DNA of 64,000 nucleotides from a virus (lineage: Duplodnaviria > Caudoviricetes), in the IMG/VR virus record IMGVR_UViG_2623620512_000003, positions 114 to 64,113 of that record. One strand, written 5' to 3'. The notes under the pieces are model-generated. The model searched no databases. It was not told the DNA's origin and saw only the letters and a list, made by a program, of their open reading frames with translations. This document shows, in pieces, positions 1-9,608 of the stretch; position 1 is the first letter of the stretch, and the number at the start of each line of letters is the position of its first letter. The position numbers and the translations under genes were made by a program.

Positions 1-1
1 G

Positions 2-379
2 AAGCGCCATAAGGACTTCGTTCGGAAGTTTGAGTACATGAAGACCAAGGCCAGTACTCTGTGCGACCAGATTGAAAAGGAGGTTGAGCTGAGCATCGAC
101 CCCGTGGAGATTATCCTGCCCTGGAAGACTGAGGCTTTCCAGCAGGCATGGCAGACATGGAAGGACTATCTTCTCGAACAGCACCATAAGACAATGAAGA
201 GCCGTATGGAATATGCGGCGCTGGCTTATCTGAAGAAGATTACGGAGGACAAGGAGACGACGGCTATCGAGTACCTGCAGTTCGCAATGGCCAACGGATA
301 TCCCCGGTTCTTCAAGGTGACGACCAAGAGTTACGAACAGCCAACTATTTCGGGAGGACGCAGTGATGGAGACTACTAA
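2..379 (+). CDS. Phage replication initiator-like protein, C-terminal part (5' truncated by window edge)
   Basis: Frame is open from base 2; FQQAWQTWKDY...AMANGY resembles initiator C-termini; overlaps a DnaC-like ATPase gene. Confidence 0.55.
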   Translation, partial: KRHKDFVRKFEYMKTKASTLCDQIEKEVELSIDPVEIILPWKTEAFQQAWQTWKDYLLEQHHKTMKSRMEYAALAYLKKITEDKETTAIEYLQFAMANGYPRFFKVTTKSYEQPTISGGRSDGDY

Positions 380-1091
380 GAATTACATGGATGAAATGGT
401 GAACAGAGCCGTTGAGCAGCAGCACCAGGAATACCTCGAGACTGCCAGTGACTTGAACGTCTGGCATTGTCCTTCCCTCACCCGTCAGCACTTCTGGAGT
501 CTGCTGAATGCTACCGCCCAGGCCATCATGGCACGGCGTGGCGTCTATCATACTTTTGTGGTGGATGACAACAACCGCGAGATAATCCGTCAGATGTGGC
601 TCTATATCGCAGGTTCCAAGGAATGCAAGTGGAATATCCACAAGGGTATTTATATCGGTGGAAAGGTTGGCTGCGGCAAGACGCTCTTGATGCAATCTTT
701 CTGCGAGATACTCCACTTGATTTCCGGAAGGACTGTAGAGATGATACCTGCTACCCTACTCTATGAACGGATTATCCACGACGGCATTGACCAGCTAGCT
801 AAGCGTCCGCTGTTCATTGATGAGCTTGGACGCGAACAGTTGGAGATATCAGCCTATGGAAACAAAATCCGACCGATTGCCGACTTGATGGCCCTGCGCT
901 ACAACAATGGTGCCAGGACCTTCTTCACGTCTAACTTCAAGTTGAAAACGCTTTCTAAAGGATATAATGAGAAAGGAGAACTCGTTGGCTACGGCCAGTA
1001 TATCGGCGAGCGTATTCAGGAGATGACCAATATCGTGGAAATGCCAGGCGAAAGCCGACGTGAGAAATGGGAGGAGGATAAAGCGGTATGA
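363..1091 (+). CDS. DnaC/IstB-like P-loop ATPase (putative helicase loader)
   Basis: Walker A GGKVGCGKT, Walker B LFIDELG, TFFTSN and ERIQEM motifs. Confidence 0.75.
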   Translation: MMETTKNYMDEMVNRAVEQQHQEYLETASDLNVWHCPSLTRQHFWSLLNATAQAIMARRGVYHTFVVDDNNREIIRQMWLYIAGSKECKWNIHKGIYIGGKVGCGKTLLMQSFCEILHLISGRTVEMIPATLLYERIIHDGIDQLAKRPLFIDELGREQLEISAYGNKIRPIADLMALRYNNGARTFFTSNFKLKTLSKGYNEKGELVGYGQYIGERIQEMTNIVEMPGESRREKWEEDKAV

Positions 1092-2347
1092 GCAAGACAG
1101 AGAGAAGACAACTGACTGCCACAGTATATAACGAATGTTCGCATACCCGCCTCGATGAGGTCACTGAGTGGCTGAATGCCAACTATGTGATTCGGGTCAA
1201 CCTCCTTGACCGCAGCAAGGTATCGCTGAGTCCCACGGAGGACTGCACCTTTCATTATGAGTATCCGGTCACGGAGGATGACATCCTTATTCATGCTTTC
1301 GCAGAGGAGGTGAAAATTCCGCGTAGTCTGCTGAAGGCGATACTGGCGAGTCCTAATCACATGCATTCCTTCAATCCCATAAAGGATTATCTGGAATCGC
1401 TGCGGGGGAAATATAAGGGTCCCTCGCAGATTGACATGTTATGTGCCTCGCTGCATTCGCCTAAGGAGACGGAGGAGTCAGCAAAGAGAACGAGCCATCT
1501 CCTGCGCAAGTGGCTCATTGCTACTGCTGCCTGTGCAATGGGAATCCGTCAGAACGACGTCGCCCTGGGGCTCGTCGGCGACAAGGCGGGTATCGGTAAG
1601 ACGTCCTTCTTTGAGATGCTGGTGCCGCCATGTCTCAATGAATATTATCAGGTGGCTCAGAAGGACGAGCGACTGTTCTCTATGCCCAACGGCTTCACGC
1701 AGCGTTTTATACTGAATTTCGATGAGTTCGCGGCCATCGGCAAGCACAACGAGGAGCTTTTCAAGATGTATATGTCGGCCAGCGAGATAGAAATCAAGCG
1801 CCCAGGATCCCGCTACGCAGAGAAGGCTCCGCGAGTGGCTTCCTGCTGCTTCACTTCTAATAAGAATCAGCGCATGGGTGGTTTCCTCAGCAAACCGGAC
1901 GCTGGTCTCATGCGTCGTCTAGCTGTCATCGAGGTGGATTTTATCGATGACTGCCGCAAGCGTCTTGACGTGGACCAGCTCTGGGCAGAGGCTGTCATGC
2001 TGCTCGATGGCCAGTATGACCCTCAATGGTCACAGCAGGAGTACCGACAGTTCGTGGACGAAAACCGCCAGTACGTCATCGAGACGAACGCTCTCCGCCT
2101 TATCCGTATCTACTATCGTAAGCCGGAGGAAGGCGAAGAGTGTCAGTTCATGACAGCCATGGAGGTCGTGCTGCAGCTGAAGAAGGAAAGGAAGATTTCC
2201 TCGGCCATGCAACAGGTCAACGAGGTGACTGTCGGCCAGGCGCTCACGGCCTTAGGCTATAAGTATTATACGAGGCGCTTCCCAGGGAAGACGCCTTATC
2301 ATGGTTATGACATCGTACCACTGTACGAAGCTCAGGGAAAAAAGTAG
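1088..2347 (+). CDS. VirE/VapE-family P-loop protein (helicase-like)
   Basis: FNPIKDYL, GDKAGIGKT, LNFDEF and DQLWAEA motifs; start overlaps previous stop. Confidence 0.75.
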   Translation: MSKTERRQLTATVYNECSHTRLDEVTEWLNANYVIRVNLLDRSKVSLSPTEDCTFHYEYPVTEDDILIHAFAEEVKIPRSLLKAILASPNHMHSFNPIKDYLESLRGKYKGPSQIDMLCASLHSPKETEESAKRTSHLLRKWLIATAACAMGIRQNDVALGLVGDKAGIGKTSFFEMLVPPCLNEYYQVAQKDERLFSMPNGFTQRFILNFDEFAAIGKHNEELFKMYMSASEIEIKRPGSRYAEKAPRVASCCFTSNKNQRMGGFLSKPDAGLMRRLAVIEVDFIDDCRKRLDVDQLWAEAVMLLDGQYDPQWSQQEYRQFVDENRQYVIETNALRLIRIYYRKPEEGEECQFMTAMEVVLQLKKERKISSAMQQVNEVTVGQALTALGYKYYTRRFPGKTPYHGYDIVPLYEAQGKK

Positions 2348-2380
2348 TATCATTTTGAAAGTTTTGAATATTTAGAGTTG

Positions 2381-2418
2381 AAGTCCGTTGGTTTGTGAAA
2401 ATCGGCGGACTTTTTTTT
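2381..2418 (+). terminator. Intrinsic terminator after replication genes
   Basis: aagtccgttggttt-gtga-aaatcggcggactt stem followed by a T-run. Confidence 0.75.
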
Positions 2419-2551
2419 GAAGCGATCTTTTTTATTTTCCGCGTCCACACATTATTTATATATAAGTTTCCCTCACCTTCGTGAAATCTTCAAAAAATGA
2501 AGATTGATAGTTAAAAACAATGCGCGAAAATTTTTCGAATCCTTTTTACCG

Positions 2552-2761
2552 CACTTGCTACACTTGCTACAAATGAGTACAAAAGCACCGCCATCCCTTT
2601 ATTTATCATCATCTCCAAGTAGCAACTATTATCCTCTCTACCCTCTCGAACCGCTTGTTTTGCCATGTTGCTACAAGGTACTACAATCTTTATTCTGCTA
2701 CATCAAAACACTCTTAGAATCCCCTGTACATCGGCATTTCTGCTGTTGTAGCATGTAGCAA
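2552..2761. repeat. TGCTAC/GTAGCA direct and inverted repeat cluster, putative replication origin
   Basis: cacttgcta tandem at 2552-2572; further copies near 2619, 2669, 2696; inverted tgtagcatgtagca near 2747-2760. Confidence 0.5.
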
Positions 2762-2769
2762 GAAGGTAT

Positions 2770-3452
2770 ATCACCACTTTTTTCTTTTCTTCCCACATAT
2801 ATTTTTTTTCATTGTATGGCTGCATCATCTATAGGCGTTCTAATTGTCCTAGCATCTAATGGTATGGTTCCGACATCTTTACTATAGTAGTTGGCTTACC
2901 TGTTACCTTCACATTTTCTATCCGGCTTTCACCTTTTTGAAGTCCTGCATAACGAATTTTCCTGTTTAACGTGACGCCCTCCTTTTTGGTGTACCAGACT
3001 TTTCCCGCTGCAAATTTAATGCTCGCCGTGCCCTGCAAGTACTGGTCACAAGTTCCCGATGTCTGCAGAAATTTTCCGGCAACCTTCCATCATTTGCGTG
3101 AGTCCACGAAAATGATGGTATTCCATAAAATTTCCTGGCCATTCCTTGCCTTTAAGCACTTCCCTCGCCCAATTTCCTAGGCATCGTAAAAAGTCCTCAA
3201 CACAGAGGGCATCACTTGAAGTTAAACAATTAAATTCATAAAGTTATGCAGAACAATATTTCATCAAAGTTTCAAAGCCTCGCTAAAGAGGAAAAGAATT
3301 ATCTCGGTAAGCTCTCTTTTCAGAAGATGTCAGTTGAGTATTATATGAATGATTGCAAGGACAGTCATCCCGCCGTTTACGTAGGTACATACGCCAAGTA
3401 CAATGATGGAAGTCTCTTTGGTATGTGGGTTGATATGGTAAAGTGTGGTGAT
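2770..3452. promoter_or_regulatory. Fold-back element 1: long imperfect inverted repeat whose right arm runs into ardA
   Basis: Reverse complement of 2770-2981 matches 3205-3452 in collinear blocks; central hairpin core shared with element 2. Confidence 0.75.
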
Positions 3453-3860
3453 TATGACACATTCATGGAAGTATGCCACAGCCTGCATGCTGATGAAGAA
3501 GATCCAGAGCTGATGTATCAGGATTACGAGTGTTTCCCCAGTTCATGGTATTCCGAAAGCGGTATCGATGAAGATACATTCGATAGAATCATCGAGTTCA
3601 CAGAGTTGGATGATGATGACAGGGATGCTTTCGAGGAGTTCTCGGATGCTTTCGGTAATGATTGCATTGAAAGCTTCCGTGATCGCTACATGGGCAAATG
3701 GGATTCTGAGAAGGATTTCGCTGAGCACATCGTTGATGAGTGCTACAATCTGGATAAGATGATGGGAAGTCTCGCATCATACTTCGATTACGAAGCATAC
3801 GCTCGTGATCTCTTTATCGATGATTACTATTTCACCAATGGCTATGTGTTCAGGAGATAA
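3246..3860 (+). CDS. ardA: Antirestriction protein ArdA (DNA mimic, type I R-M inhibitor)
   Basis: VYVGTYAKYNDGSLFGMW, DPELMYQDYE and YFDYEAYARDL motifs; very acidic. Confidence 0.9.
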   Translation: MQNNISSKFQSLAKEEKNYLGKLSFQKMSVEYYMNDCKDSHPAVYVGTYAKYNDGSLFGMWVDMVKCGDYDTFMEVCHSLHADEEDPELMYQDYECFPSSWYSESGIDEDTFDRIIEFTELDDDDRDAFEEFSDAFGNDCIESFRDRYMGKWDSEKDFAEHIVDECYNLDKMMGSLASYFDYEAYARDLFIDDYYFTNGYVFRR

Positions 3861-3921
3861 TCCTGGCACATAGTCTCTTTTCTCGATTTTTTTTCGTATC
3901 TTTGCATCTCAATTCATACAT

Positions 3922-4551
3922 ATGAGCAAGTATATTTCAGAAAAAACACTGAGAACCATCCAAATAAGGAATGCAAAGAGTAGAAGCCAGATAATGCGAA
4001 CTTACTGGATAGAACTGGTATGCAGAATAGCTATTACTTACCAGCATTATTTTGATATGCGAAAGACTGGAGAAGTCTCAACTATAAATGCAACTGTTCA
4101 AGAAATCGAGAAAAAAATTGATTTCGCTAACTCGGTTTTCGACATTGACATTACGCTTTCTGACATATATGATTTCCAGCGTAGAAGTGTTGATAGCAGC
4201 ATCCAACAGTACGAGCAATACAAGAAAATCCTGGAATTCCAAGCTAACGATATTTTCAAGCCTAAATTAGTGGATATGCTGTGCAAGGAGTTGTTCGAGG
4301 AAGATGGTGAAAATCCTATTAACACTTTCATCTTTGGATATTACAGTGAAGTTGCTATCTTGATACTAGATTACATGTGCGAAGGTTTGGACTATGATAC
4401 ATTTATGAAGAATCTATTGGCTATCAAACTAGTCCCACATCAAAAGCCCATCGATGGAACAATTCTAAGAAGAATGATTAGAACTGGCGATAAATGGGAA
4501 AAGCGCTATGCCAAACTCTTCAAAGAAGAACGAGCTAAAGGAAATATATAA
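3922..4551 (+). CDS. Hypothetical protein (moron with its own promoter)
   Basis: 209-aa ORF preceded by TATCTTTG at 3897. Confidence 0.6.
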   Translation: MSKYISEKTLRTIQIRNAKSRSQIMRTYWIELVCRIAITYQHYFDMRKTGEVSTINATVQEIEKKIDFANSVFDIDITLSDIYDFQRRSVDSSIQQYEQYKKILEFQANDIFKPKLVDMLCKELFEEDGENPINTFIFGYYSEVAILILDYMCEGLDYDTFMKNLLAIKLVPHQKPIDGTILRRMIRTGDKWEKRYAKLFKEERAKGNI

Positions 4552-4554
4552 AAT

Positions 4555-4893
4555 ATGACACTTCGAGAATTAATTATTTCCGTAGATTCTGAGCAGTACA
4601 ACGATTCATTGTTGTACCAGAAGCTCCGCGAGACGAAGCCTGAATATGGCGCCAGCCGACATATTCAGGTAACTGCAGTTCGCGGTGACATTGTCGTTAC
4701 GAACTGTCACGTCGGCTCACTGGGTGATATCCTCACCTATCCTATCGATGTCGCTCCTGAGTTGAATATCTCGAAGGTGCAGCTGCTGGATGCCATCCTT
4801 CACGAGCTTTCCTCAGAGGGCTTCACCGACGAAGAGCAGGATGAGTTCTGGGATGACTTCGACAACCTTCAGAAAGCAAAGATCATCCGATGA
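4555..4893 (+). CDS. Hypothetical protein
   Basis: 112-aa ORF closely spaced with neighbours, acidic C-terminus. Confidence 0.6.
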   Translation: MTLRELIISVDSEQYNDSLLYQKLRETKPEYGASRHIQVTAVRGDIVVTNCHVGSLGDILTYPIDVAPELNISKVQLLDAILHELSSEGFTDEEQDEFWDDFDNLQKAKIIR

Positions 4894-5126
4894 CCGACTA
4901 CGATTCCATATGGCGCACGCAGGATGAAATCCGGACGGTAGTGAATGCCGTTCTGGGTGAATGCATCTGGAATCTTAATTGGAACGACCCTCGGATGGCC
5001 ATCGAACTGGAACTGACCTTAACGCTCGACGACGATGAAATCGACAATCTTTGCTGCCAGTTCCCCATCACTGCAGACTACGATGGTGTAGGTTCGAGAG
5101 GGTCTAAATTCACGTTCTACTTATAA
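4890..5126 (+). CDS. Hypothetical acidic protein
   Basis: 78-aa ORF with ATGA overlap. Confidence 0.6.
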   Translation: MTDYDSIWRTQDEIRTVVNAVLGECIWNLNWNDPRMAIELELTLTLDDDEIDNLCCQFPITADYDGVGSRGSKFTFYL

Positions 5127-5220
5127 TCTTAGAAACATTTCCAACTTTTTTTATCTGATTTCAGCGATGATTTCGGAATAATTCATTTTTTGTTTGAAAT
5201 GTTCGATTTGTTTGTTTTGT

Positions 5221-5256
5221 GTCTTTTGTTATGTCATTGAAATTTAGTACCTTTGC
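5221..5256 (+). promoter_or_regulatory. Core-operon promoter motif GTCTTTT-N20-TAnnTTTGC, copy 1
   Basis: GTCTTTT at 5221, TACCTTTGC at 5248. Confidence 0.7.
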
Positions 5257-5280
5257 ACAAAGTTATTAAAGTAATACATC

Positions 5281-5781
5281 ATGAACGAAGTTTACGTATA
5301 CCTAAAGATGCCATCTTACCTTCGACAGTGGTTTATTCATCGCCACGGCGGTAATGACCCAGTAAAACTTATTCGTGGCTCCATCGAAAGCAAATTGCTG
5401 CAGCTTGCCACAACACCACGACCTTCTGGTGTGGCAGTTTTACCTAAGCAGGAAGATGAAGTTGCTATCCAACTCCCTTCTGTAAAGGGCCATGACCCTC
5501 ATACCTATAACTATCTCTCCCCAACGGCTAGAAACGCATTCCTGGCCCGCATCAAGAATGATTTCGACGTGGATGTATGGGACTTCCTGCATGACTTCGG
5601 AAAGATAGGAACACAGCAGAAGGACCTTATCTACCTCTTTATGGAACAAAGGGGTATCAAGGAGGACGGTACGTGCTGGGATGCTATCGCCAAGATATAC
5701 CAAAGACAACGCAACGTATATCTGCAAAAAATTCGCAGAAAAAATTGCACGACTTCAGCGCATTTTTCAGCGAAAAGTTGA
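5281..5781 (+). CDS. Phage hypothetical protein (possible regulator)
   Basis: 166-aa ORF after promoter motif; basic C-terminus. Confidence 0.65.
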   Translation: MNEVYVYLKMPSYLRQWFIHRHGGNDPVKLIRGSIESKLLQLATTPRPSGVAVLPKQEDEVAIQLPSVKGHDPHTYNYLSPTARNAFLARIKNDFDVDVWDFLHDFGKIGTQQKDLIYLFMEQRGIKEDGTCWDAIAKIYQRQRNVYLQKIRRKNCTTSAHFSAKS

Positions 5782-5813
5782 AATGTGTGTTTTGTTTGAT
5801 TTGTTTGAAAGCA

Positions 5814-6236
5814 ATGAGTAAGTGCTTATCTCTCCCTGGTATCCAGAAGGTCTGGTATATCCCCTGCAACCGTCTCCCCGACGACGTGGTCTATCGTGCC
5901 GTCGCAGGAATCCCTATTTCACTTCAAGAGACGCCCACCATTATCACATTGAATGGTGAAGCGGTCTGTGAAGTGGAACAGTCGTTCGATAACAACAGTT
6001 ATATAGAGAAGGCGAAGCTACAGTTCCTGACGCTGGACGACGTGCCGGCCGACCAGCATCCGACGTTCGTCATCAAGACAGCGAACAATGAGCTGTATCT
6101 GCTGGGAGCAAAGGAGCGGCCATACCCCACCGTCAAAATCACCAGTTCTACGGGTCAGCCTGATGGTGATGCCTCCGTCAGAAAGTACGAGGTTTCCTTC
6201 ACGGCAAGGAAAGCCCTGGCACTTTGTACTGGGTGA
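5814..6236 (+). CDS. Phage hypothetical protein
   Basis: ATG 5814 chosen inside ORF 5673..6236; lies just upstream of the head genes. Confidence 0.6.
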   Translation: MSKCLSLPGIQKVWYIPCNRLPDDVVYRAVAGIPISLQETPTIITLNGEAVCEVEQSFDNNSYIEKAKLQFLTLDDVPADQHPTFVIKTANNELYLLGAKERPYPTVKITSSTGQPDGDASVRKYEVSFTARKALALCTG

Positions 6237-6285
6237 TTTTCCTCACTCCTAAAGCTCCATAAGTGGCAAAGAGGCGTATTAGTCC

Positions 6286-6321
6286 GTCTTTTCGCCACTT
6301 TTTTCTTGTCTGTATCTTTGC
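6286..6321 (+). promoter_or_regulatory. Core-operon promoter motif, copy 2
   Basis: GTCTTTT at 6286, TATCTTTGC at 6313. Confidence 0.7.
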
Positions 6322-6340
6322 GCCATAATTCATACGCATT

Positions 6341-7453
6341 ATGGCAACCAACACAAAAACTACAGACTACCAACTTCACCTGAAGGGCTTCGTCGGAGGT
6401 TACGACTTCGATGCAGGCTATGTGGACTACGTTCTCTCTAAGAATGAGGGAAAGGAGGTCCGCGTCCTGATCGACTCGCTGGGAGGCAGGTCGAATACCG
6501 CCCTTTCTATTTTCTCGGCTTTCAAGCGCCATGGGAATGTGAACGTTCATTTCGTGGGCATGAACGCCAGTGCTGCTACAATCGCCTCACTCGGTGCCAA
6601 GCGCATCACAATGGACTCGTCAGCCATGTACCTTGTTCATAAATGTAGCGTGGGCTTCCTTGAATGGGGTCAGATGAACTCGGACGACCTCCAGGCGCTC
6701 ATCGACAACATCGAGCACCAGAAGGCCGACCTCGACAAGCTGGACGCTAACATCGCCCAGATGTATGCCACACGCTGCAAGAAGGACAAGGCTGACCTTC
6801 TCGACCTGATGAAGCAAGGTGGCTGGCTCACCGCTGAGGAAGCTCTTGCATGGGGCTTCGTGGACGAGCTGACTGACTACGAGGGCGAGGATGCACCGGT
6901 TCTGACCGACACGATGGCAAACGCCATGTCAGCAGCAGGAATCCCTGTCCCCAACATGCCCATATCGCCCAAATTGCCCACCATGTCGAAGCAGGACCAG
7001 TCGGCATTCATGAAGTTCCTGAGCGCATTGACCCAGTACTTCAGCACTTCAAAGCATCAAGAATCCATTAATTCACAAACCATCAACCCTATGAAGAAGA
7101 TTTTCACTTCCATTTGTGCCATCCTCTCATGTGAGCACCTGCTCAGTCAGGACGGCAAAATCACGCTTGATGACGCTCAGCTCGATACTATCGAGTCGGC
7201 CATCAGCGCAGACAAGCAGACAATCAACGACTTGAACGCTGAGATTCAGACGCTCAAGACCGAGAAACAGACCCTCTCGGATGCGAACGCTCAGCTGCAG
7301 AACGAGGTAAACACCCTGAAGCAGAAACCTGGCGACACCACAGCACACGTGGTGAACGATCAGCATCAGCAGCAGCGCACCGAGAAGACGGAGGCCGAAG
7401 AGTACTTCGAGTCACGTGCCAGTGCTCAGTCTCTTTTCGACTCTCTCCCCTAA
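6341..7453 (+). CDS. ClpP-like prohead protease with C-terminal coiled-coil scaffold region
   Basis: IDSLGG, NASAATI, YLVH and WLTAEEALAWGFVDE motifs; directly before capsid gene. Confidence 0.88.
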   Translation: MATNTKTTDYQLHLKGFVGGYDFDAGYVDYVLSKNEGKEVRVLIDSLGGRSNTALSIFSAFKRHGNVNVHFVGMNASAATIASLGAKRITMDSSAMYLVHKCSVGFLEWGQMNSDDLQALIDNIEHQKADLDKLDANIAQMYATRCKKDKADLLDLMKQGGWLTAEEALAWGFVDELTDYEGEDAPVLTDTMANAMSAAGIPVPNMPISPKLPTMSKQDQSAFMKFLSALTQYFSTSKHQESINSQTINPMKKIFTSICAILSCEHLLSQDGKITLDDAQLDTIESAISADKQTINDLNAEIQTLKTEKQTLSDANAQLQNEVNTLKQKPGDTTAHVVNDQHQQQRTEKTEAEEYFESRASAQSLFDSLP

Positions 7454-7499
7454 GACCTCTTAACAAACCGAATTAATCAACCATTTACCTTATCATTTT

Positions 7500-8498
7500 A
7501 TGGCAGGAAAACTACAATTTACTCTGGAGGAGTATCAGGACGCGGCTCGTAAGTACCGCAAGGATCTCCTCATGCTGCCCATCATCGGTATTCAGGACAC
7601 CTTGAAGTTCATGACTGGCCGACCGGGCATCCGTTACAAGGAAAGTGTGGCTGCTCTGAACGGCAACGCTCAGTTCGCGCCCTACAAGCCCTCACGTCGT
7701 TCAAACTTCAATCTGGACCTGGACTTCCGCACACTGGAGACCTTCTTCGGCTCCGTTGTTGCCCAGTTCGAGCCTAACAGCGCCATCTCGACCCTTCTTG
7801 GTGCCATCGGCGACACAAAGGGCGACGGCCAGATTCAGGCACCTACCGCCAAGCATGTGTTGGCCTTGATTGCCAAGTCACTTTCTGAGAACCTGAACAA
7901 CGCTATCTGGGCAGGTAAGCGCAACGCCTCTGGTGACACCACCCTCGACCTCTTCGACGGTTTCGACACCATCACCGCGCAGGAAATCAAGGAGGGCAAG
8001 ATTGCCAAGGAAGAGGGCAACTATATGAAGTTCACCGACGAAATCACGACCGCAAACGCCGTGGATATCGCCAAGCAGGTGCTCTTCTCCCTGGATCCTC
8101 ATCTTCGTGCGCAGACTTGTTACATGTACTGCTCACAGGACTTCGCCGACAAATACAACGAGGGTTATCTCCTGACTCACGCGGGTATCAACTACAACAA
8201 CCAGTATAATCAGAACGCCGTCGAAGGTTCTAACGGCAAGCTGATTCTCTGTCCGCTGGCTAACAAGGCTGATTCCAAGTTCATCCATGTTTCTCCAAAG
8301 ATCAACATGTTGGTCGGCTACGACCAGATGGGCGATACGGAGAATGTCATGGTTAAGGAGTACGAGCCGTTCATCCTCTCATATATCGCCACCATGTTCT
8401 TCGGCTGTCAGTTCGAGTCTATCGACAAGCGACGCCTGAAGGTTATCGAAATCGGCGGTTCATCCGCTCCTGCACAGGGAGGCGCAGGTGAAGGCTAG
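7500..8498 (+). CDS. Major capsid protein
   Basis: 332 aa; follows protease; LNNAIWAG...FDGFDT segment typical of HK97-fold capsids; terminator follows. Confidence 0.75.
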   Translation: MAGKLQFTLEEYQDAARKYRKDLLMLPIIGIQDTLKFMTGRPGIRYKESVAALNGNAQFAPYKPSRRSNFNLDLDFRTLETFFGSVVAQFEPNSAISTLLGAIGDTKGDGQIQAPTAKHVLALIAKSLSENLNNAIWAGKRNASGDTTLDLFDGFDTITAQEIKEGKIAKEEGNYMKFTDEITTANAVDIAKQVLFSLDPHLRAQTCYMYCSQDFADKYNEGYLLTHAGINYNNQYNQNAVEGSNGKLILCPLANKADSKFIHVSPKINMLVGYDQMGDTENVMVKEYEPFILSYIATMFFGCQFESIDKRRLKVIEIGGSSAPAQGGAGEG

Positions 8499-8565
8499 AG
8501 GATGTACATAGAATAGAATCTGTTTTTAACTTTCCATAGTCCGTTTTCATTTTTTCTGAGTTTTG

Positions 8566-8602
8566 GGGAGCCGGTACCTGTGAAGGCTCCGGTTCCCATT
8601 TT
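8566..8602 (+). terminator. Intrinsic terminator after capsid gene
   Basis: gggagccgg...ccggttccc stem followed by atttt. Confidence 0.65.
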
Positions 8603-8654
8603 AATCTCCAGGACGGATTCCTAATCAGATTATCAACATTAAAATATAAACATT

Positions 8655-9608
8655 ATGCCTGATTGTTCATCAGTACAGAAATCGCTCGCGTGGTGCCAAG
8701 GTCGCCCCGAGCTGCCCGGCGTCAAGCGCCGTATCTACTATATTTCAAAGTACGACGTACTTCAGTGGCCCAAACTTCTTCACGACGCAAACGGCCGACT
8801 GACATCTTCTTCGTATGCGGGTGACTTCGTTCTCCGTGCCGACAAGAAGTGGAAGTACATCGATATCATCTCCGACAAGTCGCAGCTGACTTCTGAGGCG
8901 CAGGGCGAATATCCCTCGCAGACGCAGCTGAACAAGCTGGTGGCCGTTCATCCCGGTGTGGGAAAGGAGGCTTCCGAGGCTGCTGCATACCTCAATAACA
9001 ATGACAACGTGTTCCTCGTCGAGAACATGCATGGTGATTTCCGCGTCGTAGGCTCTGACAAGTGGCCCACCAAGACGACTGTCGCCCAGGATCTGGGACA
9101 GGGCGCTACTGGTACCACTTCTACCACTATCAACGTGGAAGCTTCTGACGAGTGCCCCGCTCCTTTCTATGCAGGAAAGATTGCTACTGAGGACGGTGAC
9201 ATCAACCCTGACGGAAACCCTATCCAGGACACAAGTAGCGACGATAGCGGTAACAGCCAGAACAGTTCCTCTGCATCAGGTCCGGTTTACGACAGCAAGG
9301 TAGTTATCAACGGACAGGCGTACACTGTTTCAAAAGGCGGCACTATCAACGTCGAGGGCAATATCACCTCAATAAAGTTTACCGGTAAGAATATGGCATT
9401 CCTTTCATATTACGACGGAGCTGGTATGCCTTCTGAAATTACAATCAGCGGAGACGGCACCTCGGCTACACTCAGCGAGAAACTTACTGCCCCTGGCTCT
9501 GTAACGATTTATCGGAAGGAGACTGCAAATGCTGCAGAGGAAGAATGGTTCTATATCAAACTGACCAAGAGCAGCTCATCGAGCGAAGGTGGCCCAGTAA
9601 ATCCCTAG
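8655..9608 (+). CDS. Putative major tail (tube) protein with Ser-rich linker and C-terminal beta-rich extension
   Basis: Position after capsid; about 185-aa N-terminal domain, DTSSDDSGNSQNSSS linker, then an extra domain. Confidence 0.5.
   Translation: MPDCSSVQKSLAWCQGRPELPGVKRRIYYISKYDVLQWPKLLHDANGRLTSSSYAGDFVLRADKKWKYIDIISDKSQLTSEAQGEYPSQTQLNKLVAVHPGVGKEASEAAAYLNNNDNVFLVENMHGDFRVVGSDKWPTKTTVAQDLGQGATGTTSTTINVEASDECPAPFYAGKIATEDGDINPDGNPIQDTSSDDSGNSQNSSSASGPVYDSKVVINGQAYTVSKGGTINVEGNITSIKFTGKNMAFLSYYDGAGMPSEITISGDGTSATLSEKLTAPGSVTIYRKETANAAEEEWFYIKLTKSSSSSEGGPVNP

Noticed and set aside
2504-2758. 84-aa ORF after the replication genes
   Set aside because: Overlaps the repeat cluster and has low-complexity, non-protein-like composition.
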